DNA from: Halorarum halobium
Lineage (GTDB): Archaea > Halobacteriota > Halobacteria > Halobacteriales > Haloferacaceae
Reading direction: 5' to 3'
DNA: 64,000 nucleotides
Assembly: GCF_032116555.1 (NCBI RefSeq)
Contig: NZ_CP134949.1
Coordinates: 2,170,001-2,234,000, forward strand
Position numbers and translations under genes: made by a program. Below, in pieces: positions 19,677 through 29,879 of this stretch (the stretch's first letter is position 1; each line of letters opens with the position of its first letter). Below the pieces are notes generated by a model, which saw only the letters and a list, made by a program, of their open reading frames with translations, was not told the origin of the DNA and did not search any database.

Positions 19677-21536
19677 TCAGTCCTCCTCGGTTCCGGAGGT
19701 CGTCCGCCGTCGCCGTTCCGCCAGTCGCTCCTCGAACCAGGCCCACTCGCGGCTGAACTGCCCGGTCTCCTTCAGGTCCCACGGGTCGCCCGTCGTCACC
19801 GGCGTGCCCACCCGGGCCGACTGTGCCACGTTGAACAGCCAGAGCGTGACGCTGATGCCGATGATCGCCGCGCCGCCGGTCGCCGTCCAGTGGAGCACCG
19901 GCCAGGTCGGGTGGACGCCGAGCGCGGACGCGTACTCCGCCCACCGGCGGGGGTGGCCGCCCATCCCCAGCAGCAGCATCGGGAAGAACGTCACGAAGAC
20001 GCCGATGATCAGGGTGTACGCCTGCACGCGTGCCATGCGGCGGTCGTACATCCGCCTCGTGAGCAGCGGGAACCAGTAGTAGGAGGCCGCGAACACCATC
20101 ATCGCGATCACCCCCATGACGATGAAGTGGAAGTGGCCGACGACGTAGTAGGTGCCGTGGAGCACCCGGTCGACGGGGATGGACGCGAGCACGACGCCCG
20201 TCACCCCGCCGACGACGAACAGGCCGACGCCGCCGATACAGAGGATCATCGGCGCGGTCAGTCGGATCTTTCCGTTCCACAGCGTCGTGATCCAGTTGAA
20301 CGTCTTCACCGCCGACGGGACCGCGATCGCGAGCGTGACCGCCATGAACGACGACTGGAGCCGCGGGTCGATGCCCGTGGCGAACATGTGGTGGGCCCAG
20401 ACGCCGAAGGAGAGCACGCCGATGGCGAGCGTCGAGTAGACGATGAACTTGAAGCCGAACAGCGTCCGCCCGGCGAACTTCGGCAGGATGAGACTCACCA
20501 GCCCGAACGCCGGCAGCACGAGGATGTACACCTCCGGGTGGCCGAAGAACCAGAACAGGTGCTGCCAGAGGATCGGGCCGCCACCCTCGACGAGGAAGAA
20601 CGTCGTCCCGAAGTTCCGGTCCATCACCAGCATCACCAGCGCGCTCCCGAGCACCGGGAACGCGAACAGGATGATGCCCGCGGTGGTGAACAGCGTCCAC
20701 GAGAGGATGTCGATGGTCGCCCAGGTCACCTCGGGGTCGCGGTCGACGAGCACGGTGACGATGATGTTCACCGCGCCGAGGATCGTTGCGACGCCCGAGA
20801 GGTGCAACCCGAGCAGCATGAGATCGACCTGCGGGTTCGCCTGCATGATCGAGAGCGGCGCGTACATCGTCCACCCGGTCGTCGGCGGCTCCAGCAGGAA
20901 CAGCACCTCAAGTCGCGGGCCGAGCGCGGCGACGGCCTTCCCGAACACCTCCGTGACGAGCCCCGCGCGAACGAGCAGCAGCGACGGCGGGAGCAGCCAG
21001 AACGCGAGCGCGTTCACCCGCGGGAACGCCATCTCGTCGGCGCCGACGAACAGCGGGAGGAAGTAGTTCGCCACGCCGGTGAATGCGGGCGTCACGAAGA
21101 AGAACAGCATCGTCAGCCCGTGGGTCGTGAACAGCGCGTTGTACGTCTGCTCGTCCCAGACGGTCGTGCCGGGCGTGAGCAGTTCCGTCCGGATCATCAA
21201 CGCGTCCGTCCCGCCCCACAGCGCCGCCACCAGCGCGAACGCGAAGTAGAGCGTCCCGACGTCCCGGTGGTTCACGGTCGTCAGCCACCTGATCGGGTCG
21301 TACGGGAGCCGCGCCCGCAGCCGCGTGAGCCGAGACGCTCGCGTCCCGCCGTCGGACCGGCTCGCATCCCCGGCCCGGTTCCGACCGTTCGCCCGCGACC
21401 CGGCTCGCCCTCGAGCGCCGCCCCGCCCGTCCGACCGGATCGTCCGCGAGAGCCAGCCTGCACCGAAGAGCAGAGCCCCGACGACGAGGATCGCCGCGAT
21501 CGACTCGGCGAGCGTGGCCTGGAGGGCAGGAAACAT
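19677..21536 (-). CDS. coxA: Heme-copper (cytochrome c) oxidase subunit I
   Basis: 'TTHG', 'WFFGHPEVY', 'VWAHHMF', 'GHFHF' ligand motifs. Confidence 0.93.
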   Translation of the reverse strand: MFPALQATLAESIAAILVVGALLFGAGWLSRTIRSDGRGGARGRAGSRANGRNRAGDASRSDGGTRASRLTRLRARLPYDPIRWLTTVNHRDVGTLYFAFALVAALWGGTDALMIRTELLTPGTTVWDEQTYNALFTTHGLTMLFFFVTPAFTGVANYFLPLFVGADEMAFPRVNALAFWLLPPSLLLVRAGLVTEVFGKAVAALGPRLEVLFLLEPPTTGWTMYAPLSIMQANPQVDLMLLGLHLSGVATILGAVNIIVTVLVDRDPEVTWATIDILSWTLFTTAGIILFAFPVLGSALVMLVMDRNFGTTFFLVEGGGPILWQHLFWFFGHPEVYILVLPAFGLVSLILPKFAGRTLFGFKFIVYSTLAIGVLSFGVWAHHMFATGIDPRLQSSFMAVTLAIAVPSAVKTFNWITTLWNGKIRLTAPMILCIGGVGLFVVGGVTGVVLASIPVDRVLHGTYYVVGHFHFIVMGVIAMMVFAASYYWFPLLTRRMYDRRMARVQAYTLIIGVFVTFFPMLLLGMGGHPRRWAEYASALGVHPTWPVLHWTATGGAAIIGISVTLWLFNVAQSARVGTPVTTGDPWDLKETGQFSREWAWFEERLAERRRRTTSGTEED

Positions 21537-21596
21537 GCCCCAGGCTTCGTCGGCACCCGACTTATGGGTGGGGATGTTCGACCGCGTCGCCGGCGA

Positions 21597-22052
21597 TCAC
21601 TCCTCGTCCGGATACGCCGGCATCGGTCGCCGGGCCTCCGTCTCGCCCGACAGCCTGCCGTAGACGGCTCCGAGCGTGAAGCCGTACGCGACGTGAGCGA
21701 ACAGCGTCAGCACGCCGAAGACGATCAAGATCGCACCCGAGAGTTCCCCCCGCCCGAGCAGGACGAACGCGACCCACAGCGGCAGCGCGAACCCGACGCC
21801 CCTGATGGCGGGGTCCGGACCGAGCGGCAGGTACGCCTCCAGCGCGACGAACACGAGCGGCCACGCGATCGTGCCCGCGGCGACGAACAGCAGGAACCCG
21901 AGCGCCTGGTTGCCGGGAACGCCCACGAACCGCGCGACGACGGCGAACAGCCCGATGCGCGAGCGCGTCTCCACCTCGATGAGCAACAGCGCGACCGAGA
22001 GCACCGACACGCCGGCCGCGCCGCCCACGATCGCGCTCGTCGGCTTGTTCAT
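21597..22052 (-). CDS. Small membrane protein upstream of coxA (DUF6789-like)
   Basis: About 4 TM helices, 'AHVAYGFTLG'. Confidence 0.65.
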   Translation of the reverse strand: MNKPTSAIVGGAAGVSVLSVALLLIEVETRSRIGLFAVVARFVGVPGNQALGFLLFVAAGTIAWPLVFVALEAYLPLGPDPAIRGVGFALPLWVAFVLLGRGELSGAILIVFGVLTLFAHVAYGFTLGAVYGRLSGETEARRPMPAYPDEE

Positions 22053-22145
22053 GGCCGTCGGTTGGCCGCTCGCCGGGAAAAATCCACGCGATGTTGAGGG
22101 CGGGGGTGGGGTGGTGTTCTCGTCGACGGCGGCCGTTGCCCTGAT

Positions 22146-22215
22146 CTCGAAAGCCCTCGTGGCGCTGGAGCCGGTGCGACCGCCGCGTTCGCGTGAGCCT
22201 CGAACGAGCGGCCCC
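22146..22215 (+). repeat. Degenerate/deleted copy of the intergenic repeat
   Basis: ctcgaaagccc terminus plus 'cgcgtgagcctcgaacgagcggcc', matching 45025-45048. Confidence 0.55.
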
Positions 22216-22356
22216 GCGGTGTGCGGCCGCCGCGCGCCCGATGGAACGGATCCCAGCACATCGATGCGATCGCTGGGCGGTCCCGCGCTCCGTCCGCTGT
22301 GTAGCACCCCGTGGTCGTGGACAAGGTACTTACGGCGCGCTCGTGAGCACCCGCCC

Positions 22357-23052
22357 ATGCCGCCCTCCGCCGGACGCCGACGGATCGCCGACGTCGCAAC
22401 CGCGCTCCTGCTCGTCGCATCGCTCCTCGCGGTCCCCGCGGCGGTCGACGCCCGCGGGCCGCCACGACCCGCCTGCGGGGTCTGTACCGACGCGCTCGAG
22501 GACGCCGCGGCCGACCGTGACGTCGCGGTCGAACGCGCGGACTCCGAGCTGACGGTCCGGGTCGCCGAGAACGGCTCGTCCCGCTGGACGGCCCGGGTGA
22601 CCCTCTCCGAGGGGGCCGCGGCCCTCGAAAACGACTCGCTCCGGGAGGCCGTCGTGGCCGACGCGCGACACCGGGCGGTCACCGACCCCGAGTCGGTCAC
22701 GAGCCGGATGGAGGGAGACACGCTCGTCGTCTCCTACCGGACCGACGCCGCGACCCGATGTGAGGCCGGCGTCGTGCTGTTCACCGCGTTCCGGGCGACC
22801 GGCCCGTCGATGCCGTTCGCCATGGGCGGTGAGGGGCCGGCGTATCTCGGCGCCGAGGAACTCACGCTCCGCGGCCCCGACGACCGCGTCGCGGCGGGCG
22901 AGTACCCGGAAGCGAACGCGTCCGGCGGGCGGATCCGGTGGACCGGGTCGGAAACCTCGTTCGGCGGCTCGGCGGTCGTTCCGTTCGTGCCCGAGGACGC
23001 CGCGTTCCCGGGGGTCCGGGCCGGGGTCGCACGGCTGCTCCTCCGCTTTTGA
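22357..23052 (+). CDS. Hypothetical secreted protein with CxxC
   Basis: Signal peptide, 'PPRPACGVC'. Confidence 0.7.
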   Translation: MPPSAGRRRIADVATALLLVASLLAVPAAVDARGPPRPACGVCTDALEDAAADRDVAVERADSELTVRVAENGSSRWTARVTLSEGAAALENDSLREAVVADARHRAVTDPESVTSRMEGDTLVVSYRTDAATRCEAGVVLFTAFRATGPSMPFAMGGEGPAYLGAEELTLRGPDDRVAAGEYPEANASGGRIRWTGSETSFGGSAVVPFVPEDAAFPGVRAGVARLLLRF

Positions 23053-23319
23053 ACCCGGAGCCCCGCGCTCGTCCGCCCCGGCGTCCGGTCGTCGCTCCGC
23101 GGGCTCCCGTCGCGGCGACGTCGGCCGGAGCGTAACCTAAAAGGAACCGCATCGCCCCGGGTTGACCGTCGTACGGTCGGGCAGCCGTCGGGTAGGGGCC
23201 CCTGCTCGTCCGTGCGGCGGTCGTCACTGAACCGACAGCGGCGCCGCTCCGACGGTTCGAACCCCACGAGCCGGCTCACCCGCACCACGTATTTTCCGTC
23301 TCGCGGCCGTAAACCCCCC

Positions 23320-24684
23320 ATGGACCCTGCGACCGGCAGGCGGGAGGTACTCGGCGCACTGTTCGCTGGCGGCCTGGCTGGGCTGGCGGGCTGTAGCGGA
23401 ACGACCGGCCAGGGGACGGAGACCGGCGGCGGCGGATCCCCGACACCGTCCGAGTCCACGCCCTCCGGGACCGACGGAACGTCCGCGGCGAGCCCGCCCG
23501 AGACGGTCGGACTCGAAACGCTCGCGTCGGGGCTGCAGGCGCCAGTCGACATCGCCTTCGCGCCGGACGCCGACAGGCGCTACGTCACCGACCAGAACGG
23601 GCGCGTCTTCGTTCACGAGTCCGGCGGTCTGCGCGGGGAGCCGTTCCTCGACCTCCGCGAGTCGGTCGAGGTCGGCGGCGAGAAGGGGTTGCTCGGGCTC
23701 GCGTTACACCCCGAGTTCGCGGACAACAGGCGGCTGTTCGTCCGCTACAGCGCCCCCTCCCGGTCCGGAACGCCCGACTCGTACAGCCACACGTTCGTCC
23801 TCTCGGAGTTCACGGCGAACGCCGACGGGACCGCCGTGGCCCGCGACTCCGAACGCGTCGTGCTGGAGATTCCCGAACCGCAGGCGAACCACAACGCCGG
23901 CTCCCTCGCGTTCGGCCCCGACGGCCTCCTGTTCGTCGGCGTCGGCGACGGCGGCGGGGGCGGCGACCAGGGGACCGGCCACGTCGAGGACTGGTACGAC
24001 GCGGTCGAGGGAGGGAACGGCCAGGACGTGACCGAGAACCTGCTGGGGAGCATTCTTCGGATCGACGTCGACGGCCAGTCCGGAGGGAACCCGTACGCCG
24101 TCCCCGAGGACAACCCGCTCGTCGGGCAAGCCGGGCTCGACGAGCAGTACGCCTGGGGGTTCCGGAACCCGTGGCGGTTCTCCTTCGACGGCGCGGACCT
24201 CTACGTCGGTGACGTCGGGCAGAACCGCTTCGAGGAGGTCGACCTCGTGGAGCGTGGCGGCAACTACGGCTGGAACGTCAAGGAGGCGACCCACTGCTAC
24301 GACGCCGACGAGTGCCCCGACGCGACGCCCGCGAGCGTCCGCGGCGGCGAACCCCTCATCGACCCCATCACCGAGTACCCGCACTCGGGCGAAGGAGTAA
24401 CCGGAATCTCGGTCATCGGCGGAACCGTCTACCGCGGCTCCGCGCTGCCGGGGCTGGCGGGACGGTACGTCTTCGGCGACCTCCAGGCGGGCGGCCGGCT
24501 GTTCCTCGCGTCCCCGTCCGAGGGCGGCGGCCGCTGGTCGACGTCCGTCCTCCCGGTCGCCGACGACGACGCCGGAAAACTGGAGCGGATCCTCTCGTTC
24601 GGCCGCGACGCCGAGGGCGAGGTGTACGTGCTCGGTACCGGCGCGGACGGCGGCGGCGTCCACCGCGTCGTCCCCGCCGGGTAA
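23320..24684 (+). CDS. PQQ-dependent glucose/sorbosone dehydrogenase family Tat lipoprotein
   Basis: RR motif plus LAGC lipobox; 'GLLGLALHPEF', 'NHNAG', 'GFRNPWRFSFD'. Confidence 0.9.
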   Translation: MDPATGRREVLGALFAGGLAGLAGCSGTTGQGTETGGGGSPTPSESTPSGTDGTSAASPPETVGLETLASGLQAPVDIAFAPDADRRYVTDQNGRVFVHESGGLRGEPFLDLRESVEVGGEKGLLGLALHPEFADNRRLFVRYSAPSRSGTPDSYSHTFVLSEFTANADGTAVARDSERVVLEIPEPQANHNAGSLAFGPDGLLFVGVGDGGGGGDQGTGHVEDWYDAVEGGNGQDVTENLLGSILRIDVDGQSGGNPYAVPEDNPLVGQAGLDEQYAWGFRNPWRFSFDGADLYVGDVGQNRFEEVDLVERGGNYGWNVKEATHCYDADECPDATPASVRGGEPLIDPITEYPHSGEGVTGISVIGGTVYRGSALPGLAGRYVFGDLQAGGRLFLASPSEGGGRWSTSVLPVADDDAGKLERILSFGRDAEGEVYVLGTGADGGGVHRVVPAG

Positions 24685-24723
24685 CCCGTAGCGTTTTACG
24701 GACCCCCGGCCCCACTCACGACC

Positions 24724-27411
24724 ATGTCGAACGAGGCGGGCGGCATCGTGGGCGAGTTCCTCTCGCTGAAGGCCGACACCGAGGCCGACGTGCTCGCGAT
24801 GCAGTGTGGCGACTTCTACGAGTTCTTCGCCGACGACGCCGAACTCGTCGCGGACGTTCTCGACCTCAAGGTGTCACAGAAGTCCTCGCACGGCTCCTCG
24901 TACCCGATGGCGGGCGTCCCGCTCTCGGAGCTCACCCCCTACCTCAACGCGCTCGTCGAGCGCGGCTACCGCGTCGCCGTCGCCGAGCAGTACGAGACCG
25001 ACGAGGGCCACGCACGACGGGTCGAGCGCGTCGTCTCGCCGGGCACCGTCGTCGACCCCGACGACTCGGCCGCGCGCTACCTCGCGGCGGTCGAGGAGGC
25101 AGACGGCGAGTACGGCGTCGCGTTCGCCGAGGTGACGACCGGCCGGTTCCGCGCCGCGTCGGTCTATTCGGCGGAGGACGTGCGCGCGGAACTTCACCGG
25201 TTCGCGCCCGTCGAGATCCTCCCCGGCCCGGGCGTCCGCGAGGACGACGCCCTGCTCGCCACGCTCCGGGAGGACACCGACGCGCGGCTCACCCTCCACG
25301 AGGTCGACGCGTTCGCGCCCGGCCGCGCCCGTCATCGCCTGCGCGAGCAGTTCGGCGACGAGACGCTGGACGCGGTCGGCCTCGAGGCCGACGCCCCGGT
25401 CGGAGCCGCCGGCGCGGTGTTGCACTACGTCTCCGAGACGGGCGTCGGCGTGCTCGCGGCGATGACGCGACTCGGGGCGCTCGACCCCGGCGGCCGCGTC
25501 GCGCTCGACGCGACGACCCAGCGCAACCTGGAACTGACCGAGACGATGCAGGGCGAGCGGGACGGCACCCTGCTCTCGACGCTTGACCACACCGAGACGG
25601 CGGCCGGGTCGCGCCTGCTCCGCGAGTGGGTCACCCGACCCCGCCGGGACCGCCCGGAACTCGAGCGTCGCCAGGACGCCGTCGCCGCGTTCGCCTCGGC
25701 GGCGCTCGCCCGCGACCGCCTGCTCGAGGAACTCGACGGGACGGCCGACCTCGAACGCCTCGCCTCGCGGGCGACGAGCGGGAGCGCGGATCCCCGCGAC
25801 CTGGCGGCCGTCCGCGACGCGCTCGCCCGCCTCCCGCGACTCGCGTCGGCCATCGAGGGAACCGAACTCGCCGAGTCGCCGGTCGCGGACGTCCTCGCCC
25901 GCCCGGACCAGGCCGCCGCCCGCGCGCTCCACGACGATCTGGGCGACGCGCTCGCGGCCGACCCGCCCGGCACCGTCACCGAGGGCGACATCTTCGCCCG
26001 CGGCTACGACGGGGAACTCGACGAACTGCTCGACGAGTACGAGGAGGCCGAGCGCTGGCTCGACACGCTCGCCGAACGCGAGAAGCGCCAGCACGGGCTC
26101 TCACACGTCACGGTCGACCGCAACACGACCGACGGCTACTACGTCCAGGTCGGCCGCTCGGTCGCCGACGAGGTGCCCGAGCACTACCGCGAGATCAAGA
26201 CGCTGAAGAACTCGAAGCGGTTCGTCACCGACGAACTCGAGGACAGGGAGCGCACCATCCTGCGCCTGGAGGAGGCGCGCGGCGAGCTGGAGTACGACCT
26301 GTTCCGGGAACTCCGGGGGCGCGTCGCCGAGCACGCGGAACTCCTCCAGGACGTCGGCCGCGCGCTCGCGGAACTCGACGCGCTCGCCTCGCTGGCCGAA
26401 CACGCGGCGGCGAACGACTGGGTCCGGCCCCACCTCGTTGGCGGCGCGGACGGTGATGCGACCGCGAACGGTGCGGGCGACGACCACGACGACGAACTCC
26501 GCATCGACGCGGGCCGCCACCCGGTCGTCGAGCGGACGACCGACTTCGTGCCGAACGACCTTCGACTCGACCGCGAGCGCGGCTTTCTCATCGTCACCGG
26601 GCCGAACATGAGCGGGAAGTCCACCTACATGCGCCAGTGCGCGCTCGTCGTTCTGCTCGCCCAGATGGGCAGTTTCGTCCCCGCGGACTCCGCCCGCGTG
26701 CCCCTCGTCGACGGCGTGTTCACGAGGGTCGGCGCGCTCGACGAACTCGCGCAGGGGCGCTCGACGTTCATGGTCGAGATGCAGGAGCTCTCGAACATCC
26801 TCCACTCGGCGACCGAGGACTCGCTGGTCATCCTGGACGAGGTGGGTCGCGGCACCGCCACCTACGACGGCATCTCCATCGCCTGGGCGGCCACGGAGTA
26901 CCTCCACAACGAGGTGCGCGCGAGGACGCTGTTCGCGACCCACTACCACGAACTCACGGCGCTCGCCGACCACCTCCCGCGGGTCGAGAACGTCCACGTC
27001 GCGGCCGAGGAGCGGGACGGCGACGTGACGTTCCTCCGCCGGGTCCGCGAGGGGCCGACCGACCGTTCCTACGGCGTCCACGTCGCGGACCTGGCGGGCG
27101 TGCCCGACCCGGTCGTCGACCGTTCGGCCGACGTGCTCGACCGCCTCCGCGAGGAGAAGGCCATCGAGGCGCGCGGGTCGGCCGGCGACGGTGACGGCGA
27201 TGGCGCCGACGTGCCGTCGACACAGACCGTGTTCGACCTCGGGAGCGGGCAGTTCCGGGGATCGGCGAGCGCCGATGGAGGCGATTCCGAGCCCCTCGAC
27301 CCCGTCACGGAGTCGGTGCTGGAGGAGCTAAGGGCGACCGACGTGAACGAGGTGCCGCCGGTCGAGCTGATGGCGAAAGTGCAGGAGTGGCGCGAGCGGC
27401 TGGACGACTGA
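24724..27411 (+). CDS. mutS: DNA mismatch repair protein MutS
   Basis: GDFYE, P-loop GPNMSGKST, 'STFMVEM', 'DEVGRGT', 'ATHYHEL'. Confidence 0.96.
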   Translation: MSNEAGGIVGEFLSLKADTEADVLAMQCGDFYEFFADDAELVADVLDLKVSQKSSHGSSYPMAGVPLSELTPYLNALVERGYRVAVAEQYETDEGHARRVERVVSPGTVVDPDDSAARYLAAVEEADGEYGVAFAEVTTGRFRAASVYSAEDVRAELHRFAPVEILPGPGVREDDALLATLREDTDARLTLHEVDAFAPGRARHRLREQFGDETLDAVGLEADAPVGAAGAVLHYVSETGVGVLAAMTRLGALDPGGRVALDATTQRNLELTETMQGERDGTLLSTLDHTETAAGSRLLREWVTRPRRDRPELERRQDAVAAFASAALARDRLLEELDGTADLERLASRATSGSADPRDLAAVRDALARLPRLASAIEGTELAESPVADVLARPDQAAARALHDDLGDALAADPPGTVTEGDIFARGYDGELDELLDEYEEAERWLDTLAEREKRQHGLSHVTVDRNTTDGYYVQVGRSVADEVPEHYREIKTLKNSKRFVTDELEDRERTILRLEEARGELEYDLFRELRGRVAEHAELLQDVGRALAELDALASLAEHAAANDWVRPHLVGGADGDATANGAGDDHDDELRIDAGRHPVVERTTDFVPNDLRLDRERGFLIVTGPNMSGKSTYMRQCALVVLLAQMGSFVPADSARVPLVDGVFTRVGALDELAQGRSTFMVEMQELSNILHSATEDSLVILDEVGRGTATYDGISIAWAATEYLHNEVRARTLFATHYHELTALADHLPRVENVHVAAEERDGDVTFLRRVREGPTDRSYGVHVADLAGVPDPVVDRSADVLDRLREEKAIEARGSAGDGDGDGADVPSTQTVFDLGSGQFRGSASADGGDSEPLDPVTESVLEELRATDVNEVPPVELMAKVQEWRERLDD

Positions 27412-27464
27412 TCGCGGCCGAGGATCGGTGCCGGTTCTGTGCCGCGGATCGCCTCGCGGCGACC

Positions 27465-28151
27465 TCACGTCGATCCCGACGAGTTCCCGGTCGGAAGCTG
27501 GGGGATGAGCCACGCGAGGAACGAGTCCTGGCTGCGCGTCTGGAGCCACACGTGCCCCTCGCCGCTGAACTCCGCGACGAGCCCCTCGCCGCTGAGCAGC
27601 GTCGACTTCAGGCCGCCGACCCGCCGGACGGCGAAGTCGGCGGTGTCCTCGAAGGCGACGATGTGACCCGTGTCGATGGTGTACGTCTCGTCGGGATCGA
27701 GGTCGACCTCCTCGATGGCCCCGTAACTGGACATGAACAGCGGCCCGCTTCCCTCGATCCGCAACAGGAACAGTCCCTCGCTCCCGAAGAACGTCTTCGC
27801 GCCCCCGAACTCGGTGTCGACCTCCAGCGCCGTGTCCGAGGCGATGTACGACCCGGACTGGACGTAGACGGTGTCCGCGTCGAGTTCGTGGTGGACGACG
27901 TCGCCCGGGAGCGGCGGCGCGAACGTGACCGAACCGGCCTCGCTCGCGGTGAACGTGTTCTGGAAGAAGCTCTCGCCGCCGAACAGTCCACGCTGGAGCG
28001 ACTTCAGGAACCCGCCCGTGGCGTTCGTCTCCATCTCGATGCCGTCGCCGTAACTCACCATCGCGCCCGACTCGGCCAGCACCTCCTCGCCCGCCTCCAG
28101 CGAGATCTCGGCCGTGGCGAACGAGGGACGGTGGGCTATCTCGTGGTCCAT
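27465..28151 (-). CDS. TIGR00266 / AIM24 family protein
   Basis: 'AESGAMVS', 'GGESFF.NTF', 'IDTGHIVAF', 'SGEGLV'. Confidence 0.88.
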   Translation of the reverse strand: MDHEIAHRPSFATAEISLEAGEEVLAESGAMVSYGDGIEMETNATGGFLKSLQRGLFGGESFFQNTFTASEAGSVTFAPPLPGDVVHHELDADTVYVQSGSYIASDTALEVDTEFGGAKTFFGSEGLFLLRIEGSGPLFMSSYGAIEEVDLDPDETYTIDTGHIVAFEDTADFAVRRVGGLKSTLLSGEGLVAEFSGEGHVWLQTRSQDSFLAWLIPQLPTGNSSGST

Positions 28152-28354
28152 ACCTCCCGTACGGGGAGAAACGGAATAACGCTACTCCACCCCCGCCCCC
28201 GGCCGGGCGTTCGCCTAACTATCTCCCGCACGCGCCGGCACACAGTTAACGACCGCCGGTGAACTCTGACCACGGCCCGGAGATGTGTCCCAGTAGTTAG
28301 GTATATTGGTAATCGGTTAACTTATGTGGCGTCCCCGCCGAGGCCAGGTTAGCC

Positions 28355-29494
28355 ATGGACCCGGCGGAGTTTACGGACGGCCCGGGCAGCATCGACGACC
28401 ACGACGGGCTGCCGTGCTACCGGCCGCCGAGCCTTCCGCCGGATCTGGAGTACAGCGACGACCTGCTCCGGGTGTACGGCGACGCCCAGTACGCGCTCGG
28501 CCGACTGACGACCCTGCACCGGGACCTGGACAACCCGAACCTCCTCATCGCGCCGTTCGTCCACCGCGAGGCGGCGATGAGCTCACAGGTCGAGGGGACG
28601 AACGTCACCATCTCGGACATCTACCAGCACGAGGTCGGCTCCACGCCCGCCAGGTCGGCCGCGGAGGGGACCGACGTCCGCGAGGCGTACAACTACGTCG
28701 ACGCGGTGAAACAGGGGTTCGCCAGGCTGGACGACGGCGAGCCCATCGACCTCGACCTCGTTCGGGACCTTCACGAGGTGCTGCTGGGCGGCGTCCGGGG
28801 CGAGGAGGACCGGCCGGGCGAGCTCCGCGACGTTCCGGTGTACATCGGCGCGCGGGGGGACGACCCGTCGACGGCGACGTTCATCCCCGCGCGGCCGGAT
28901 CTGGTGGAACTGCTGCTCGAACAGCTGTTCTCGTACGCCCGGCGCGGGGAGTACCCGCCGCTGGTCGACGCGGCGCTGTGTCACTACCAGTTCGAGGCGG
29001 TCCACCCGTTCCGGGACGGCAACGGCCGGCTCGGCCGGCTGCTCATCATGCTCCAGCTGTACGACGCGGGGCTGCTGCCGGGGCCGTACCTCTACCTCAG
29101 CGCGTCCTTCAAGCAGTTCGGCCAGCAGTACCGCGACAAGCTGCTCGCGGTGAGCACCGGGGGCGCGTGGGACGACTGGATCACGTTCGTACTGAACGCC
29201 ATCGCCGAGCAGGCCATCGACGGTTACGACTGCGGCGTCCGGCTGAAGGAGCTCCGGGAAGGGTACCGCGAGCGGTTCCCGAGTTCGGTGACGACGCGGG
29301 AGCTGGTCGATTACCTGTTCGAGCAGCCGTACCTGACGGGGCCGCGTGCGGTGGAGGCGACCGGCCGGTCGAAGCCGTCAGTGTACGAGGCGATCGATAC
29401 GCTGGAATCGGCGGGCATCATCGTGGAGACGACGGGGAAGCAGCGGAACAAGGTGTACGAGGCGCCCGAGATTCTGTCCGTGTTGAGTTCGTGA
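28355..29494 (+). CDS. Fic family protein with N-terminal autoinhibitory motif and C-terminal wHTH
   Basis: HPFRDGNGRLGR catalytic motif; SSQVEGT fits (S/T)xxxE(G/N); C-terminal 'ETTGKQRNKVY'. Confidence 0.92.
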   Translation: MDPAEFTDGPGSIDDHDGLPCYRPPSLPPDLEYSDDLLRVYGDAQYALGRLTTLHRDLDNPNLLIAPFVHREAAMSSQVEGTNVTISDIYQHEVGSTPARSAAEGTDVREAYNYVDAVKQGFARLDDGEPIDLDLVRDLHEVLLGGVRGEEDRPGELRDVPVYIGARGDDPSTATFIPARPDLVELLLEQLFSYARRGEYPPLVDAALCHYQFEAVHPFRDGNGRLGRLLIMLQLYDAGLLPGPYLYLSASFKQFGQQYRDKLLAVSTGGAWDDWITFVLNAIAEQAIDGYDCGVRLKELREGYRERFPSSVTTRELVDYLFEQPYLTGPRAVEATGRSKPSVYEAIDTLESAGIIVETTGKQRNKVYEAPEILSVLSS

Positions 29495-29619
29495 TCGGTT
29501 TGCTGGTGTGTTGAATTTCGACACGCTCTCAGTGTGAACAGCACGACTCGGGTTCGGACCACTTCGGAAGTCACCGGGACGCTCTCCATCAGGACTTGTT
29601 TGGGTGTCGCTTCGGCTGC

Positions 29620-29738
29620 CTCGAAAGCCCCCGCGGCTCCCGACGAACCCCGGACCCGTAAGCACCATAACGCGACCGCAGGGAGCGTGAGGAGCGCGGC
29701 GTGGTCCGCGGGAGTCGAGAGCCGCGGGGGCTTTCGAG
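29620..29738. repeat. 119-bp MITE-like repeat with perfect 20-bp terminal inverted repeats
   Basis: ctcgaaagcccccgcggctc (29620-29639) / gagccgcgggggctttcgag (29719-29738). Confidence 0.85.
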
Positions 29739-29879
29739 CCGTTCTCAACCACCACAAACCACCCACAATAATCCAAATCCAATCCGAAAAGCAACACTGG
29801 ATTCATAGGGACCACCCGCCACATCCGACCCAATGAGTAGTCGCGGTCGGACCCAACCCAAAGTAAAAGGAGCCGACCC

